Part shown: piece after piece, positions 62,384 through 64,000 of the stretch
Position numbering within the stretch: the stretch's first letter is position 1
How the letters are laid out: each line of letters starts with the position of its first letter
From: Antedon mediterranea
Lineage: Eukaryota > Animalia > Echinodermata
Length of the DNA: 64,000 nt
Reading direction: 5' to 3'
NCBI RefSeq assembly: GCF_964355755.1
Contig: NC_092675.1
Span: 28,306,912-28,370,911, forward strand
Made by a program: the position numbers and the translations under genes
Notes under the pieces: generated by a model
What the model saw: the letters and a program-made list of their open reading frames with translations, nothing else
Database searches by the model: none
What the model was told of the DNA's origin: nothing

Positions 62384-64000
62384 CTAACAAAATTAATTTC
62401 AATAGTTCATCACTCGGTTCCCATTTGGTTTTTCTATAGCTATAGTTTCTACAGCAAATGTTCGATTTAAGGAAATAACTATCATAAAATAATTCATTTA
62501 TCCAGGGTAGTGATATTCCGCAACCCTGAACACAGGATATGTGAAGAGTATGGTAAGCCTCAAAGAAAGGCCATTTAAGAAAAAATGGAAAGAAAATCAT
62601 AATTGATTCATGAATTTTAGTATCAAAGCATTATCCCCGGCAAGATGTAGATAGCTATCAACTTTACAAAGAATTAAGTTCACTGAATATGCAATCCAGT
62701 CCAAGAATGAACAAAATAAAAACAATTTGAACATAATATTTTGATAGAAAACAGTAAAACTATACACTTGATGTATTAAACCAACTCAGCAGACAATTAA
62801 GATGACATTGTCCATCTGACAGAAAGGTGAAAACTTCTTGAGACAAGTGAATCAGACATCAAAAGGCCACCAGCCTATGCATTTCATAAATATTCTGTTA
62901 ACGTGATAAATTAGAAATACAGTGTTTGACAAATCAAATTAATTAATTATTCCTTCACAATTAAACAATCTTTATTAATTAATCTAATTATACAAGTATA
63001 ATTTGTCTTTGGTTAAAAAACAAAACAACAGTCTTACTAACAGAGTGAATCAGCTAATTAAATAACATACAATCTCTACATCACTGTGTTTAATCTTGAA
63101 ACGTGCATTAACGTTAGTGAATGCAATCATAGAGAAGTATTTATAGTAAACACAGATTTATGACAATTTGTAGGAGGTAATTCATTTAAAAAGAATGTTG
63201 GCATCCTTAATAAGTATGGTTGATTGACTGTTTTAACCACATAGTGCGCCTATACTGATTAAAAATGATTTCTGTTAAATCAGTATTTACCTATGCATCT
63301 TTGTATACGAAAATTTGATTTCGTTTGACAATATTTAGTAATATCAAAGTCACATATACATAAAAATACAATATAATTGTTTTTTATGATTTAAAATGTA
63401 GCAATTCAAAGACATGTTTCAAAGAAATATATTTCCATTGGGATCCTGGAATCAATACGGTAATTATAATTGTACAAAAAAATGTATCAACATTAAATAG
63501 GATTTAAAATTATTTGAGGGACATTAAATTGCTATATATTGTATAAAAAGTATTATTCTGTACACATAATTAATATTACAGCCAACTGACCAAACTAGTG
63601 AACAAAAAGAGCCAACATAGCATTGAACCCAGAACCATCACGAGTCAACAACAGACTTTTTGACAGCGGTTCTTACATCATACAGTATAGTTATTACAGA
63701 AATTAGAAAATCAAACCTGTAATTGAATCACTGGGATTTTATTTTTCCTTTCAGAGGATATATACCATCAAACCATTACGTTATTGAATCAATAACTTTA
63801 TATAATTAAGAACCATTTAGTTGGTGACATTTCACTGTTGATTGGTAACTTTCCAAATTGCTAGGTGACATTTCCTGTTGGTATGTCAAAACTTAAATGG
63901 TATAATTTGTTTTGATAGAATTTCCAAACCTTTAAAAATAAGGTAAAGCTATTATTATTCATTTCATTTCATTTATTTCATCATTTAAAAACATGATAAT

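Noticed and set aside
54470-64000. Short ORFs (55037-55228, 57928-58428, 58682-58885, 59605-59808, 62253-62600) and a coding-looking patch near 60500-60800
   Set aside because: No recognisable domains, frequent stops and no consistent splice chain. They may include RhoGAP 5' exons or decayed transposon sequence, but I cannot support a call.

Overview
AT-rich eukaryotic (invertebrate animal) genomic DNA with canonical GT-AG introns; a marine deuterostome such as an echinoderm is a guess from sequence style only. I assembled six protein-coding genes by hand, and all spliced models keep frame. They are: GRHPR (minus) head-to-head with PFDN1 (plus); an intronless 620-aa disordered protein with a PP1-docking RVxF motif, whose last codons are amplified into a 9 x 102-bp array; a divergent TRPC-like channel (14 coding exons, ~888 aa); a giant class C GPCR (17 exons, ~2252 aa); and an ARHGAP22/24/25-like PH-RhoGAP (minus). 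The GPCR is the standout. It has four tandem Venus-flytrap domains joined by short CxxxCxx(x)C linkers and no nine-cysteine domain. Only one flytrap keeps the canonical amino-acid-binding residues, and homologous phase-0 introns could let splicing vary the flytrap number. Introns and intergenic DNA hold many non-autonomous DNA transposons (Harbinger-like MITE families, a Kolobok-like TTAA element, a P-like 7-bp-TSD element) and several minisatellites. No rRNA, intact tRNA or CRISPR array was seen. Bases ~55.3-64 kb appear non-coding.
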